NCBI GenBank assembly: GCA_902542595.1
Contig: CACBVE010000001.1
Coordinates: forward strand, 1,533 to 65,532
Direction: 5' to 3'
Length of the DNA: 64,000 nucleotides
From: an uncultured Prochlorococcus sp.
GTDB taxonomy: Bacteria > Cyanobacteriota > Cyanobacteriia > PCC-6307 > Cyanobiaceae
Shown piece by piece: positions 20,700-30,709 of the stretch (the first letter of the stretch is position 1; the number at the start of each line of letters is the position of its first letter). Under the pieces are notes generated by a model. The model worked only from the letters and a program-made list of their open reading frames with translations, searched no databases and was not told the origin of the DNA. Both the position numbers and the translations under genes were made by a program.

Positions 20700-21830
20700 T
20701 CTTTTTGTCGGAGTCTCAATTAATAAGTTATGGGTTTGCTTTAATAAACTTGGTATATCTAATTTACTAGGACATTTAGGAACACATTCATTGCATTCTT
20801 GACAAAATGAGGAATTTTTTTCTTCCCACCAGTGGCCAGCTTTTCCTATTAAATTGTATCTTTCTTTTGAAAATTCTAATTGGCCATAACCAATAGATAT
20901 ATTTCTTAAACGAAGTATTTCTGGAATAGGTATTTCATTTGGGCATGGAAGACAACATTTGCATTGTTCACATTTGGTTGAGTTTAATCTTTCATTAGCA
21001 ACTTTCTCAATTCTATTCAGGGCGCTTTTTTCAAGTTTTGTAAGCTTCTCGAAGGAGTTTCTAAGTTTATGAGCAAATTCAAAATCTTTTTTGTTTGTCG
21101 CCCCCAATGATAAAGTCGTAATACCTTTTGCCAAGAGAAATCGATAGGCTAATTCTAATGGGTGAAAAGGCTTTGAGGCCTCTAACAAAATATCACTTGG
21201 AGAATATAATCTACCCCCTTTATCAGCAGGCGATATTGCTAATACTCCCATACCTTTTTTTATAGCTTCCTCTGCCAAAGAAATTTTAGATTGATCTAAA
21301 TAATGTAAATGTAGACTACAAAAACTAAAAACTTTACAGTTAATTGCTTCTTTAATTAGTGAATAACTTCCGTGTGAACTAAAACCAACTTGATCAACTA
21401 GTTCATTCTCAAGTATCCATGATATGAATTTCTTACCCTCCCCAGCTAGAACCCAATCTAAATGTTGTTTTAAGTTGAGTCCGTGAATTGCAACATTATT
21501 AATTCTCTCGCGATTTAATTTTTTAAGAGACTTTTTAAAATTATTTTTTAAAAAGTCAAAATCACCCTTTGGTAAAACTTTGGAAGTAATAACCCAATTT
21601 TTTTCGTTTATATTCTCTTCTATTGCTAGTTTTTTTATTGAATTTCCAATAAGTGATTCAGCATTACCATAAGAAGGTGCAGTTTCTATGTGGTTAATTC
21701 CTACATAATATGCATTTTTTATTATGCTATACATTTTTTCGAGACTTTCAGTTGCTCGCATTGTCCCTAAAGTGAATAAGCTCACTTTCGCTCCTCTTCC
21801 AAATGATCTTTTTTGTGAATTAATAATCAT
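20688..21830 (-). CDS. Aldo/keto reductase with C-terminal 2x[4Fe-4S] domain
   Basis: LGTMR, ETAPSYG, VGFSSHG; CEQCKCCLPCP and CQECNECVPKCP. Confidence 0.9.
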   Translation of the reverse strand: MIINSQKRSFGRGAKVSLFTLGTMRATESLEKMYSIIKNAYYVGINHIETAPSYGNAESLIGNSIKKLAIEENINEKNWVITSKVLPKGDFDFLKNNFKKSLKKLNRERINNVAIHGLNLKQHLDWVLAGEGKKFISWILENELVDQVGFSSHGSYSLIKEAINCKVFSFCSLHLHYLDQSKISLAEEAIKKGMGVLAISPADKGGRLYSPSDILLEASKPFHPLELAYRFLLAKGITTLSLGATNKKDFEFAHKLRNSFEKLTKLEKSALNRIEKVANERLNSTKCEQCKCCLPCPNEIPIPEILRLRNISIGYGQLEFSKERYNLIGKAGHWWEEKNSSFCQECNECVPKCPSKLDIPSLLKQTHNLLIETPTKRLWG

Positions 21831-21931
21831 CTAAATATGATCAATTGCTTTTTTTTTATCTTTAATTTATTTATAGTTGAAAATGAATTAAAGTGAATAC
21901 AAAATTTTGCAAAAATATTTTTCTTAAACCT

Positions 21932-22585
21932 ATGTTTACAGGAATAATTCAATCAATTGGAAAACTAAAACAAGAAAAAAATATTTTAGAAATTGAAATT
22001 CTAGATAATTTATTTGAAATGGCAATTGGTGACAGCATAGCTGTTGATGGAATTTGTTTGACAGTTAAAGAGATTTTTCAAAATAAATTTACTGTTGATG
22101 TTAGTGAGGAAACATTAAAAAAAACAACTTTAGGAGTAAAGTCCAACCTGAAGCAGATTGTTAATTTGGAGCCCGCTCTGAGAGTGTCTGACCGTCTAGG
22201 AGGGCATATAGTCAGTGGACATGTTGATGGCCTTGGAACAGTTGAGAATATAGAAAAATTAGAGAAATCCTGGCTTTTATCTATAAAGTGGAAAAATAAT
22301 AATTTTTCGAAATATATAGTTAATAAAGGCAGTATTTGCGTAAATGGTATAAGTCTTACAATTGCAAAATATGTGCAGGAAGGAGAAATATTTACTATTG
22401 CGATAATTCCTCATACTTGGCATAACACAAATCTGAATAAATTAAATGTTGGCGATAGCGTAAACCTTGAGGCAGATACACTCATTAAATATGTAGAGAA
22501 ATTACTTTTATTTAATAAAAATAGTAATCAAGATTTATCTTCAGATAATATTTCTTCGGAGTGGCTTAAAGAAAACGGTTGGTAA
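21932..22585 (+). CDS. ribE: Riboflavin synthase alpha chain
   Basis: Invariant MFTGII N-terminus fixes the start at 21932; GDSIAVDGICLT, LGGHIVSGHVDG. Confidence 0.96.
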   Translation: MFTGIIQSIGKLKQEKNILEIEILDNLFEMAIGDSIAVDGICLTVKEIFQNKFTVDVSEETLKKTTLGVKSNLKQIVNLEPALRVSDRLGGHIVSGHVDGLGTVENIEKLEKSWLLSIKWKNNNFSKYIVNKGSICVNGISLTIAKYVQEGEIFTIAIIPHTWHNTNLNKLNVGDSVNLEADTLIKYVEKLLLFNKNSNQDLSSDNISSEWLKENGW

Positions 22586-22596
22586 AAATATATTTT

Positions 22597-22950
22597 TTAA
22601 TTTAATGGAATCAGATAAATTGTTTTTGACTCTTTTTTAAGATCGATTTTAAATTCCTTACCAGGTTCTAGACCTAATTTTTTGGTGTAGGCATGACCAA
22701 TTAATAGGTTCCCATTGCCATGAACTTTAGTTTTGAATTCTGTCTGTCTGCCTCTTGAAACTCTGTTACCATTTTTTCCCTGACGACCATTTCCTATTTT
22801 GTAACCTTTAGCTTCGATGAGCGCCCTATAAAAACTTTTTCTTAAGATCCTTCCGCTAGGACCTACGTAACCACATCCTTTTGCTATCTCATCTTCAGAT
22901 TTTTTACTTAATAATTTTGCTTTTTCAAGAAGTTCTTTTCCTTCTAGCAT
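22597..22950 (-). CDS. Cyanobacterial AbrB-like transcriptional regulator
   Basis: L.GKELL, AKGCGY, FY.AL.EAKG, VHGNGNLLIGHAYTKKLGL.PG.EF.I. Confidence 0.92.
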   Translation of the reverse strand: MLEGKELLEKAKLLSKKSEDEIAKGCGYVGPSGRILRKSFYRALIEAKGYKIGNGRQGKNGNRVSRGRQTEFKTKVHGNGNLLIGHAYTKKLGLEPGKEFKIDLKKESKTIYLIPLN

Positions 22951-23047
22951 TATCTGACAAATTTCTAATTATATATTCTTACTAAAAAGTAGAACTGTGG
23001 CAATATAAATTAATAAAAAATATATTTAATTTTTTAAATTTTGTTTT

Positions 23048-23650
23048 TTATAAAAGATACAAGATAATAAATAAAATAACCCATATCCCATCTACAAAAT
23101 GCCAATACAATTCAACAGCTTCCAATGGGAACATATTTTGACTAGTTAATCTTCCGCCATTGGTTCTCGATTGCCATGTAATAATTAAAATCATTAAAGT
23201 GCCCAAAGTGACATGTAATCCATGAAAACCAGTAAGAGCATAAAAAGTACTTGCAAATAAATTATCGGTTAATCCAAAAGGTAAATGAAAATATTCAAAT
23301 AGTTGACATATTAGAAATATAATTCCAAGAAAAGCAGTAAAAAATAACCATTTTTGAGAATCAGAGTTTTTGTCTTTTAAAAGTGCTTTGCCTGCTTTAT
23401 GGAAAGTTGCACTACTAACAAGTAACAAAATTGTATTTAGTGTAGGTATTGTTAGTTCTAATTCAAAAATAGCGCCATCAGGTAATGGATTTACTGCTTT
23501 ATAAGTTAAATAAGCAGCAAAGAATCCAGCAAAAGTCATTCCGTCCGCAATTAGGAAAGTTATAAGACCAAACATTCTGAAGTCTTCATGTGTTTCATTG
23601 ACTTCAGAATTATTTTTTTGAATTTCTTTTGAGCTATCTAGAGTTGTCAT
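23048..23650 (-). CDS. ctaE: Cytochrome c oxidase subunit III
   Basis: TGFHGLHV, LYWHFVDGIW. Confidence 0.96.
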   Translation of the reverse strand: MTTLDSSKEIQKNNSEVNETHEDFRMFGLITFLIADGMTFAGFFAAYLTYKAVNPLPDGAIFELELTIPTLNTILLLVSSATFHKAGKALLKDKNSDSQKWLFFTAFLGIIFLICQLFEYFHLPFGLTDNLFASTFYALTGFHGLHVTLGTLMILIITWQSRTNGGRLTSQNMFPLEAVELYWHFVDGIWVILFIILYLL

Positions 23651-23656
23651 ATGTTT

Positions 23657-25282
23657 TTATTTTTGTTCAGAAATTTTTTTACCATAACCATAAGGTTCTT
23701 CAACTAATGGAGCTTCTCCTTCCCAATTTTCAACTGGAGGTGGAGAAGATGTTAACCATTCAGGTGTAAGAGCATTCCAAGGGTTATCTCCAGCATCTTT
23801 TCCATTTCTCACGCTAAGGAATACATTAATTAAAAAAGGAATTGTACTTATAGCCATCAAAAGAGCCCCAAGGCTACTAATTTGATTAACGAACTGGAAT
23901 TGAGGATCATATTCTGCAACTCTTCTTGGCATTCCATTTAAACCAAGCCAATGTTGAGGAGCAAAGCACAAGTTAAATCCAATAAAGGTAATGATAAAAT
24001 GTAAAATTCCTATTTTTTCATTGAGCATTTTCCCAGTTACTTTGGGGAACCAATGATAAATTGAAGAGAAAATAATAAAAACAGTCCCTCCATAAACTAT
24101 GTAATGAAAATGGGCTACAACAAAATAGGTATCATGCACGTGAATATCGAAAGGTACCTGTGCCAAAGCAACTCCTGTAATACCCCCAAAAACAAAATTT
24201 ATAATAAATCCGCAAGAGAATAACATTGCACTATTGATGGAAATTTTACCTCCCCATAATGTCGCGACCCAGTTGAAAAATTTTATACCTGTAGGAACAG
24301 CAATAAATGCTGTGGCGATAGTAAAGAACAATCTCATCCAAGGGGGTGTTCCACTCGTAAACATGTGATGTGCCCATACAACTAAGCCTAAAACTACTAT
24401 CCCCATTATTGAAAAAACCATTGTTGTATATCCAAAAAGTGGTTTTCTAGCATGTACAGGAAGTATTTCACTAACTAAACCAAAGGCAGGAAGGACCATA
24501 ATGTATACAGCTGGATGAGAGTAAAACCAAAATAAATGCTGATAAACTACAACATTGCCACCTAAAACAGGATTAAAAAAACCTGTATTTGCGATGATAT
24601 CGAAGCTAAGTAGAATTAAAGTACCTGCTAAAACAGGAGTTGACAAAACAACTAATAGACTTGTCCCAAGCATTGCCCAACAATACATTGGCAATTGCAT
24701 AAGTTTTAATCCTGGCCTTCTTAATTTAATAATGGTGGCGATGAAGTTTATTCCACCAAATATAGAACTTCCTCCAAGTAATAGAACGCTCAAAATCCAA
24801 ATTATTTGTCCCGATTGAGGAGTAGTTATGCTCAAAGGTGGATAAGCCGTCCATCCAGCCTGAGCAGCACCCTCAACAAAATAACTTGCTACCAGCATCA
24901 AGCCTGAAGGAGGAATTAACCAAAAAGCTACAGCATTTAATCTAGGGAATGCCATATCTCTCGCACCTACATAAAATGGAATTAAATAATTTCCAAAAGC
25001 ACCATTAACTACAGGCACTATCCAAAGGAATATCATTATTGTTCCGTGTAAAGTTAAAACTTGGTTATAAACATCTCTTGGCATAAAATCAGACATTGGA
25101 CTGGCTAGTTCAATTCTTATAGCACTCGCTAAGGTTCCTCCTATTAAATAGAAAAGAAAACCGCAGACTAAGTATTGTATCCCAATTACTTTATGATCAA
25201 GGCTAAAACTAAAGTATCTAAGCCAGCCTTTAGGTTGAAAACTTTCATTATTAGTTTTTTGTGGATCAATTGATATTGTCAT
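23657..25282 (-). CDS. ctaD: Cytochrome c oxidase subunit I
   Basis: DHKVIGIQY, LFWFYSHPAVY, VWAHHMF, HDTYFVVAHFH. Confidence 0.98.
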   Translation of the reverse strand: MTISIDPQKTNNESFQPKGWLRYFSFSLDHKVIGIQYLVCGFLFYLIGGTLASAIRIELASPMSDFMPRDVYNQVLTLHGTIMIFLWIVPVVNGAFGNYLIPFYVGARDMAFPRLNAVAFWLIPPSGLMLVASYFVEGAAQAGWTAYPPLSITTPQSGQIIWILSVLLLGGSSIFGGINFIATIIKLRRPGLKLMQLPMYCWAMLGTSLLVVLSTPVLAGTLILLSFDIIANTGFFNPVLGGNVVVYQHLFWFYSHPAVYIMVLPAFGLVSEILPVHARKPLFGYTTMVFSIMGIVVLGLVVWAHHMFTSGTPPWMRLFFTIATAFIAVPTGIKFFNWVATLWGGKISINSAMLFSCGFIINFVFGGITGVALAQVPFDIHVHDTYFVVAHFHYIVYGGTVFIIFSSIYHWFPKVTGKMLNEKIGILHFIITFIGFNLCFAPQHWLGLNGMPRRVAEYDPQFQFVNQISSLGALLMAISTIPFLINVFLSVRNGKDAGDNPWNALTPEWLTSSPPPVENWEGEAPLVEEPYGYGKKISEQK

Positions 25283-26082
25283 AAATTTACTTCTGGTTTT
25301 TTATTTTTGTTAAACCATTCGTTGTAATCAGATTCTTTTTCAACAATTATGGAAGCTCTCATGCCTCCATGATATGGGCCACATAATTCTGCACAAATTA
25401 TCGGATATTTCCCTACTTTTGTAGGAGTGAAATTTAGAATAGTCGGTTGTCCAGGAATAATATCTTGTTTAATTCTGAACTCTGGTACCCAAAAAGCATG
25501 AATTACATCTTTGGATTCCATTTTCATTGATACTTTTTGATCAACAGGAACGTGTAGTTCTCCTGATATGAAATTGCCCTTAGGATAATTGAATAGAAAT
25601 GCAAATTGCATAGCTGAAACTTCAATTGATAAGTTATTTATTGCTAATTCATTATCAGATGTTTGACTTATTCCAGCCCATATTTTTTCAGTGTTAGAAC
25701 TCATCATTTCGTGGTTATGATTAAGTTCTTTCATCCCTCCCATTCGATCGTAGATGTTGTAGCTATATAAACCTATTAATAAAACAATTATTGAAGGAAT
25801 AATTGTCCATATAATTTCTAAACTTAAGTTTCCCTCTAAAGCTATACCATCTCCTATCTGATCATTTCTTTTTCTAAACTTAAATAAGCTATAAATAACT
25901 GCTATTGTCATTCCTATAAATATAATTAAACCTATGATAAAAAGTATTTTAAAAAGTTCATCGTAAATTGGTGCATTAATACTTGCTTCTGCTGGGAGCA
26001 AATTCACATTAAAACCAATCCAAAAAGATACAGCAAAAACTAGGGAAATAATTAATATTAAATAAATGTTTTTATTTAACAA
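25279..26082 (-). CDS. ctaC: Cytochrome c oxidase subunit II
   Basis: DVIHAFWVP and CuA motif CAELCGPYHGGM. Confidence 0.96.
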   Translation of the reverse strand: MLNKNIYLILIISLVFAVSFWIGFNVNLLPAEASINAPIYDELFKILFIIGLIIFIGMTIAVIYSLFKFRKRNDQIGDGIALEGNLSLEIIWTIIPSIIVLLIGLYSYNIYDRMGGMKELNHNHEMMSSNTEKIWAGISQTSDNELAINNLSIEVSAMQFAFLFNYPKGNFISGELHVPVDQKVSMKMESKDVIHAFWVPEFRIKQDIIPGQPTILNFTPTKVGKYPIICAELCGPYHGGMRASIIVEKESDYNEWFNKNKKPEVNL

Positions 26083-26345
26083 TTGATCTCTAAAAATTTG
26101 GTTTTATATCCTCAAGATATTCATTTTTTTAAATCTTGCATCCTTTGTTAAAAGAAAAACATTTAAATTCACAACTTCTTAAGATTTATGATACGAAAGG
26201 CGTATTATTAATAACTTTTTAGAGTTAATTGTCAGGGAAAAAAGATTAAATTAGTAATTTATTTTTTAAATTAAACATATTAACTTTTAATTAATGTTTG
26301 GTTTTTGAATCTAATTTATTATGCAAATTAATAGGTTTTATCCAT

Positions 26346-27272
26346 TTGATTAATAACCAATTATACAAATCAAAATATCTGACAATTTTTAAAAGGTTGG
26401 GAAATCATAGTGTACTTGCACTTATCGCACTAATCGTAATTGGAGGTGCTACAAGAGTCATGGAGGCTGGACTTGCCTGTCCAGATTGGCCATTGTGTTA
26501 TGGATCTTTTTTGCCTTTTAATCATATGAATCTAAAAGTATTTCTAGAGTGGTTTCATCGTCTAGATGCTTTTTTGGTTGGAATATTAATTCTTTTCAAA
26601 TTTGCCCTTTCAATTATCTGGAAGAAAGAAATTCCAAATTGGTTACCTAAAACTTATTCATTACTACTTTTTCTTGTTATTGTCCAAGGATCTTTTGGAG
26701 CTTTGACAGTAATAAACCTGCTTGATTCATATACTGTTACTGGCCATCTTTTAATAGCATTTCTACTTCTCATTTCAACGATTTCAATAAATCAAAATTT
26801 AGAAAATGACAAAACAGAAGAGCCATTAATTTGGTGGAGATTATTGTTGTTTGTTCCTCTTTTACTTACTCTGATTCAATCTTTTATTGGAGTAAGGCTT
26901 TCATCAACCTGGTCAGCACATATTTGCTTATCTTTAAATAAGCAATGCCTAATTTTAAATACTCATAAATTATTTGCTTTTCCAATCGCTTTTTCAATTC
27001 TAATGATCATTGCTGCTGCAATTTATAAGAGAAGTTTGCTTACTGAAAATTGGAAATATCTCTCAGCACTTATTTTTCTATTGTTTTCCCAAATTGCTTT
27101 AGGTATTTTAAGTCTTAAAACAAATTTGAATGAACCTATTTTTATTATCGGTCATCAACTTAACGCCTCTTTATTTATTGCGATCTTAACAACATTAATT
27201 TTTAGAAATCCTTTTACAAAAAAAGGTCTAAACCACTCCCTAAATCCCCAAATTGTCGGTATCAATTCATGA
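26346..27272 (+). CDS. ctaA: Heme A synthase (COX15/CtaA); start uncertain, ORF open from 26298
   Basis: [24 protein letters not shown], conserved His in TM helices. Confidence 0.92.
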   Translation: MINNQLYKSKYLTIFKRLGNHSVLALIALIVIGGATRVMEAGLACPDWPLCYGSFLPFNHMNLKVFLEWFHRLDAFLVGILILFKFALSIIWKKEIPNWLPKTYSLLLFLVIVQGSFGALTVINLLDSYTVTGHLLIAFLLLISTISINQNLENDKTEEPLIWWRLLLFVPLLLTLIQSFIGVRLSSTWSAHICLSLNKQCLILNTHKLFAFPIAFSILMIIAAAIYKRSLLTENWKYLSALIFLLFSQIALGILSLKTNLNEPIFIIGHQLNASLFIAILTTLIFRNPFTKKGLNHSLNPQIVGINS

Positions 27273-28270
27273 ACAGTAGTAACTTAGAAAACTTGAATTA
27301 TAAACCTTCAATTAGAGATGAAGTTGTACCTTCAAGAAAAAGATTAACTTTGCCGCCCTGGCTTGAAGTGGCAAAACCCAGATTAATCCCACTTTTACTG
27401 GCAACAACTTTGGGAGGAATGGCTTTAACAGAGGAGTGGCCTTTGTCTTCACCGAAACTTATCTGTACTTTAGGAGGCGGAGCTTTGGCAGCAGCAGCAG
27501 CAGGAGCTCTTAATTGCTTGTGGGAAATGGAATTAGATAAAAGGATGTCAAGAACTAGCAAAAGAGCCTTGCCATCAGGAAAGTTGTCATCTGAGACTGT
27601 ATTTTTTGCTGCCGTATCATGTACTTTGGCTGCTTCTATGCTTTTAGTAAGTGGTGTAAATTATTTAGCTGCAGGATTAACTCTTCTTGGTCTATTTAGC
27701 TACGTAATTTTATATACGGTTATTTTGAAACCTCGTACAACAAAAAATATTGTTTTCGGAGGAGTTGCTGGTGCGATACCACCTTTAGTTGGGGCATCTG
27801 CTGCCACAGGGCATGTAGGTCTTAGTGGTTGGTGGTTGTTTGGTTTAGTAATGTTATGGACTCCAGCTCATTTTTGGGCACTTGCAATTTTGTTGAAGGA
27901 TGATTACGCATCTGTTGGTATTCCTATGCTCCCTTCTGTTAAAGGATCTGTTTTTACTGCTAAAGCGATTTCTCGCTACGGATGGGCAACAGTTTTAATG
28001 AGTATTATGGGAGTTTTTGCTTTGCCTGAAGGGGGGCTCTTATACGGAATTATGTTATTGCCATTTAATGGAAGACTTTTGCAATTAATAAATGAATTAA
28101 AGAAATCTCCTGATGATCTTTCAAGAGCAAAGTCTCTTTTTAGGTGGTCTATTCTCTATATGTTTGGTATTTGTCTTTTGTTATTAATTTCAAGAACCCA
28201 ACTATCCGTAGAATTTGAGCAGCAATCAATGCAAATATTTTTCTCTATAGTATCCCTGCTTAGTAATTAA
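27269..28270 (+). CDS. ctaB: Protoheme IX farnesyltransferase (heme O synthase)
   Basis: [31 protein letters not shown]...DDY. Confidence 0.96.
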   Translation: MNSSNLENLNYKPSIRDEVVPSRKRLTLPPWLEVAKPRLIPLLLATTLGGMALTEEWPLSSPKLICTLGGGALAAAAAGALNCLWEMELDKRMSRTSKRALPSGKLSSETVFFAAVSCTLAASMLLVSGVNYLAAGLTLLGLFSYVILYTVILKPRTTKNIVFGGVAGAIPPLVGASAATGHVGLSGWWLFGLVMLWTPAHFWALAILLKDDYASVGIPMLPSVKGSVFTAKAISRYGWATVLMSIMGVFALPEGGLLYGIMLLPFNGRLLQLINELKKSPDDLSRAKSLFRWSILYMFGICLLLLISRTQLSVEFEQQSMQIFFSIVSLLSN

Positions 28271-28306
28271 ATTAGATGTAAAATGTCTTTTAAGTAAATA
28301 GTAAGT

Positions 28307-29326
28307 TTGATGAATTATATAAAAGTTAAAGGGCTCTCAAAATCTTATTCAGATATCAAGGCATTAAAAAATTTATCGATGGAAATTGAAGCTGGCACAT
28401 TATTCGGAATACTAGGTCCAAATGGTGCTGGCAAATCAACACTAATAAAAATACTCGCTACTTTAATAGAGCCTGATAGTGGAGAAGTTTTTATTAATAA
28501 TATTAATCTGATAAAAAATTCAAGGAAAATTAGAGAATTAATTGGTTATGTTGCCCAGGACATTGCACTTGATAAAATATTAACTGGACGAGAGCTTTTG
28601 GATTTTCAATCGGATTTATATCACATCAAAAAAAACAAAAAATTTGAAAGGATAAAGAAATTAATAGATCAATTAGAAATGAATGATTGGATTGATCGTA
28701 AGTGCGGAACTTATTCAGGGGGAATGAAAAGAAGAATAGATCTAGCAGCTGGACTTTTGCATTTGCCCCAAGTATTAATATTGGATGAACCTACAGTTGG
28801 TTTAGATATTGAAAGTAGAAATATTATATGGCAACTTTTGAAAGATTTGAGAAATAATGGAATGACTATTATTTTAAGCAGTCACTATCTTGATGAAATA
28901 GATAAATTAGCAGACAGATTAGTGATAATTGATGATGGAAGAGTTATTGCACAAGGGGCTCCTTCAGAACTCAAAAATAAATTAGGAGGAGATAGAATAA
29001 CTTTGAAAGTAAGAGAATTTAGTAATCAGGAAGAAGCAAAAAATATATGTCAAATTTTATCTTCAATAGATGGAATTACCCAGATCATAATAAATGAAGC
29101 TCAAGGTTTCTCCATAAATTTTGTAGCAGATAAGGAAAAAGATTTACTTACGAAGCTCAAAGTGGAATTGGCCTTCTCAAAGTTTGAAATTTTTTCACTT
29201 ACCCAAAGTCAGCCAAGCTTGGACGATGTATATCTTCAGGCAACTGGGAAAACATTATTGGATGCCGAAATTTCTATGGCAGGGAAAAGAGACCTTAAAA
29301 AAGAATCAAAGCAATCAATGCGATAA
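28307..29326 (+). CDS. ABC-2 type (DrrA-like) exporter ATP-binding protein
   Basis: GPNGAGKS, YSGGMKRR, LDEPTVGLD. Confidence 0.92.
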   Translation: MMNYIKVKGLSKSYSDIKALKNLSMEIEAGTLFGILGPNGAGKSTLIKILATLIEPDSGEVFINNINLIKNSRKIRELIGYVAQDIALDKILTGRELLDFQSDLYHIKKNKKFERIKKLIDQLEMNDWIDRKCGTYSGGMKRRIDLAAGLLHLPQVLILDEPTVGLDIESRNIIWQLLKDLRNNGMTIILSSHYLDEIDKLADRLVIIDDGRVIAQGAPSELKNKLGGDRITLKVREFSNQEEAKNICQILSSIDGITQIIINEAQGFSINFVADKEKDLLTKLKVELAFSKFEIFSLTQSQPSLDDVYLQATGKTLLDAEISMAGKRDLKKESKQSMR

Positions 29327-29375
29327 AAAAACTTTTGGTTAACTAACTATAATGAATACTAAATACTGCTAAATT

Positions 29376-30200
29376 ATGGAATTACAACAGTATAATTTAT
29401 TTTATTTATATCAAGAAACATTTGCTCTAACAAAGAGATTATTTATTCAACTAAAAAGAAGACCATCAACTCTTTTAGCTGGAATATTGCAGCCCATAAT
29501 TTGGCTTTTTTTATTTGGGGCATTATTCTCTGAAGCTCCAAAAGGTTTTTTACCAGGAGTTGATTCTTATGGGAATTTTTTAGGAGCGGGACTTATTGTT
29601 TTTACTGCTTTTAGCGGGGCTCTAAACTCTGGTCTTCCTTTAATGTTTGATAGAGAGTTTGGATTTCTTAATAGATTACTTGTGGCTCCTTTAACCAGTA
29701 GATTATCCATAGTTCTATCTTCTTTTTTTTACATAACAATCCTGAGCTTTGTTCAGAGTATTGTAATAATGGTTGTTTCATACATGTTGGGTTATGGATG
29801 GCCCAACTTATATGGTTTAGGAATTGTGTTTACAACACTAATTTTATTAGTTCTTTTTGTGACATCAATAAGTTTATGTTTAGCGTTTGTTTTGCCGGGA
29901 CATATTGAATTAATCGCTCTTATATTCGTAATAAACTTACCTCTTCTCTTTGCAAGTACTGCTTTAGCTCCAATCTCTTTTATGCCAAATTGGCTGGGAT
30001 GGCTAGCTTCATTAAATCCATTAACTTTTGCTATTGAACCTATTAGGACTGCCTACACACAAACTATGGATTTAGAATTAGTGGCTTTACATGCCCCATA
30101 TGGTGATTTAACTTGTAAGAGTTGTATCTCAATTTTATTTTCTTTAACAGTTTTTTCCTTGATTATTATAAGGCCTCTGTTAAATAGGAAATTAAATTAG
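29376..30200 (+). CDS. ABC-2 type permease (Ycf38-like)
   Basis: QPIIWL.LFG, FDREFGFLNRLLVAP, NPLTFAIE. Confidence 0.9.
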   Translation: MELQQYNLFYLYQETFALTKRLFIQLKRRPSTLLAGILQPIIWLFLFGALFSEAPKGFLPGVDSYGNFLGAGLIVFTAFSGALNSGLPLMFDREFGFLNRLLVAPLTSRLSIVLSSFFYITILSFVQSIVIMVVSYMLGYGWPNLYGLGIVFTTLILLVLFVTSISLCLAFVLPGHIELIALIFVINLPLLFASTALAPISFMPNWLGWLASLNPLTFAIEPIRTAYTQTMDLELVALHAPYGDLTCKSCISILFSLTVFSLIIIRPLLNRKLN

Positions 30201-30207
30201 AAATTTT

Positions 30208-30705
30208 ATGCTTTTAAAAAATCATTTAGTAGAAGTTTTTAAACAAGCCTCTTTAGAAAATAATCTTTTGCTTAAAGAAAATGTTGTTCTTAAATGGGTA
30301 CATAGATTTGGGATTGATTCATTAAATGATTTATTAATTAATAGTTCACTACAAAAAGAAAACCAGGAACAGATATCTTTAATTGATGAAGTGCATGAAG
30401 AAAACCAGGAACAGATATCTTTAATTGATGAAGTGCATGAAGAAAACCAAGAACAGATATCTTTAATTGATGAAGTGCATGATGAAAATTCAGAACAAAT
30501 TAAACTTGAATTATCAAAAACTTTTGACAATAAACAAGAAACAAAATTGGAATCAAATCGTCTAGAAACTTCTAGCAGTATTGGAATATTTGGTAAAGAT
30601 CAAAATTCTAATAATATAAAACAACTTACTGATATCCAGAAATTACCACTGCCTAATATTAAAAATTTAAGAAAGTGGATTAATAACGAAAAAAAAGCAA
30701 GTTAA
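30208..30705 (+). CDS. Hypothetical protein with 14-aa tandem repeats
   Basis: KWVHRFG N-terminal and PLP.I..LRKWI C-terminal motifs flank (ENQEQISLIDEVHE)x3. Confidence 0.8.
   Translation: MLLKNHLVEVFKQASLENNLLLKENVVLKWVHRFGIDSLNDLLINSSLQKENQEQISLIDEVHEENQEQISLIDEVHEENQEQISLIDEVHDENSEQIKLELSKTFDNKQETKLESNRLETSSSIGIFGKDQNSNNIKQLTDIQKLPLPNIKNLRKWINNEKKAS
30358..30483 (+). repeat. In-frame 42-bp tandem repeat, 3 copies plus a degenerate partial fourth
   Basis: GAAAACCAGGAACAGATATCTTTAATTGATGAAGTGCATGAA at 30358 and 30400; third copy at 30442 has 2 substitutions. Confidence 0.97.
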
Positions 30706-30709
30706 ATTT

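Noticed and set aside
30358-30483. 42-bp repeats as a possible CRISPR array
   Set aside because: The copies are directly adjacent with no spacers, are in frame within a CDS, and no cas genes are present
30222-30530. 102-aa Cys/Ser-rich antisense ORF
   Set aside because: It is the reverse complement of the 42-bp repeat gene and has no independent support
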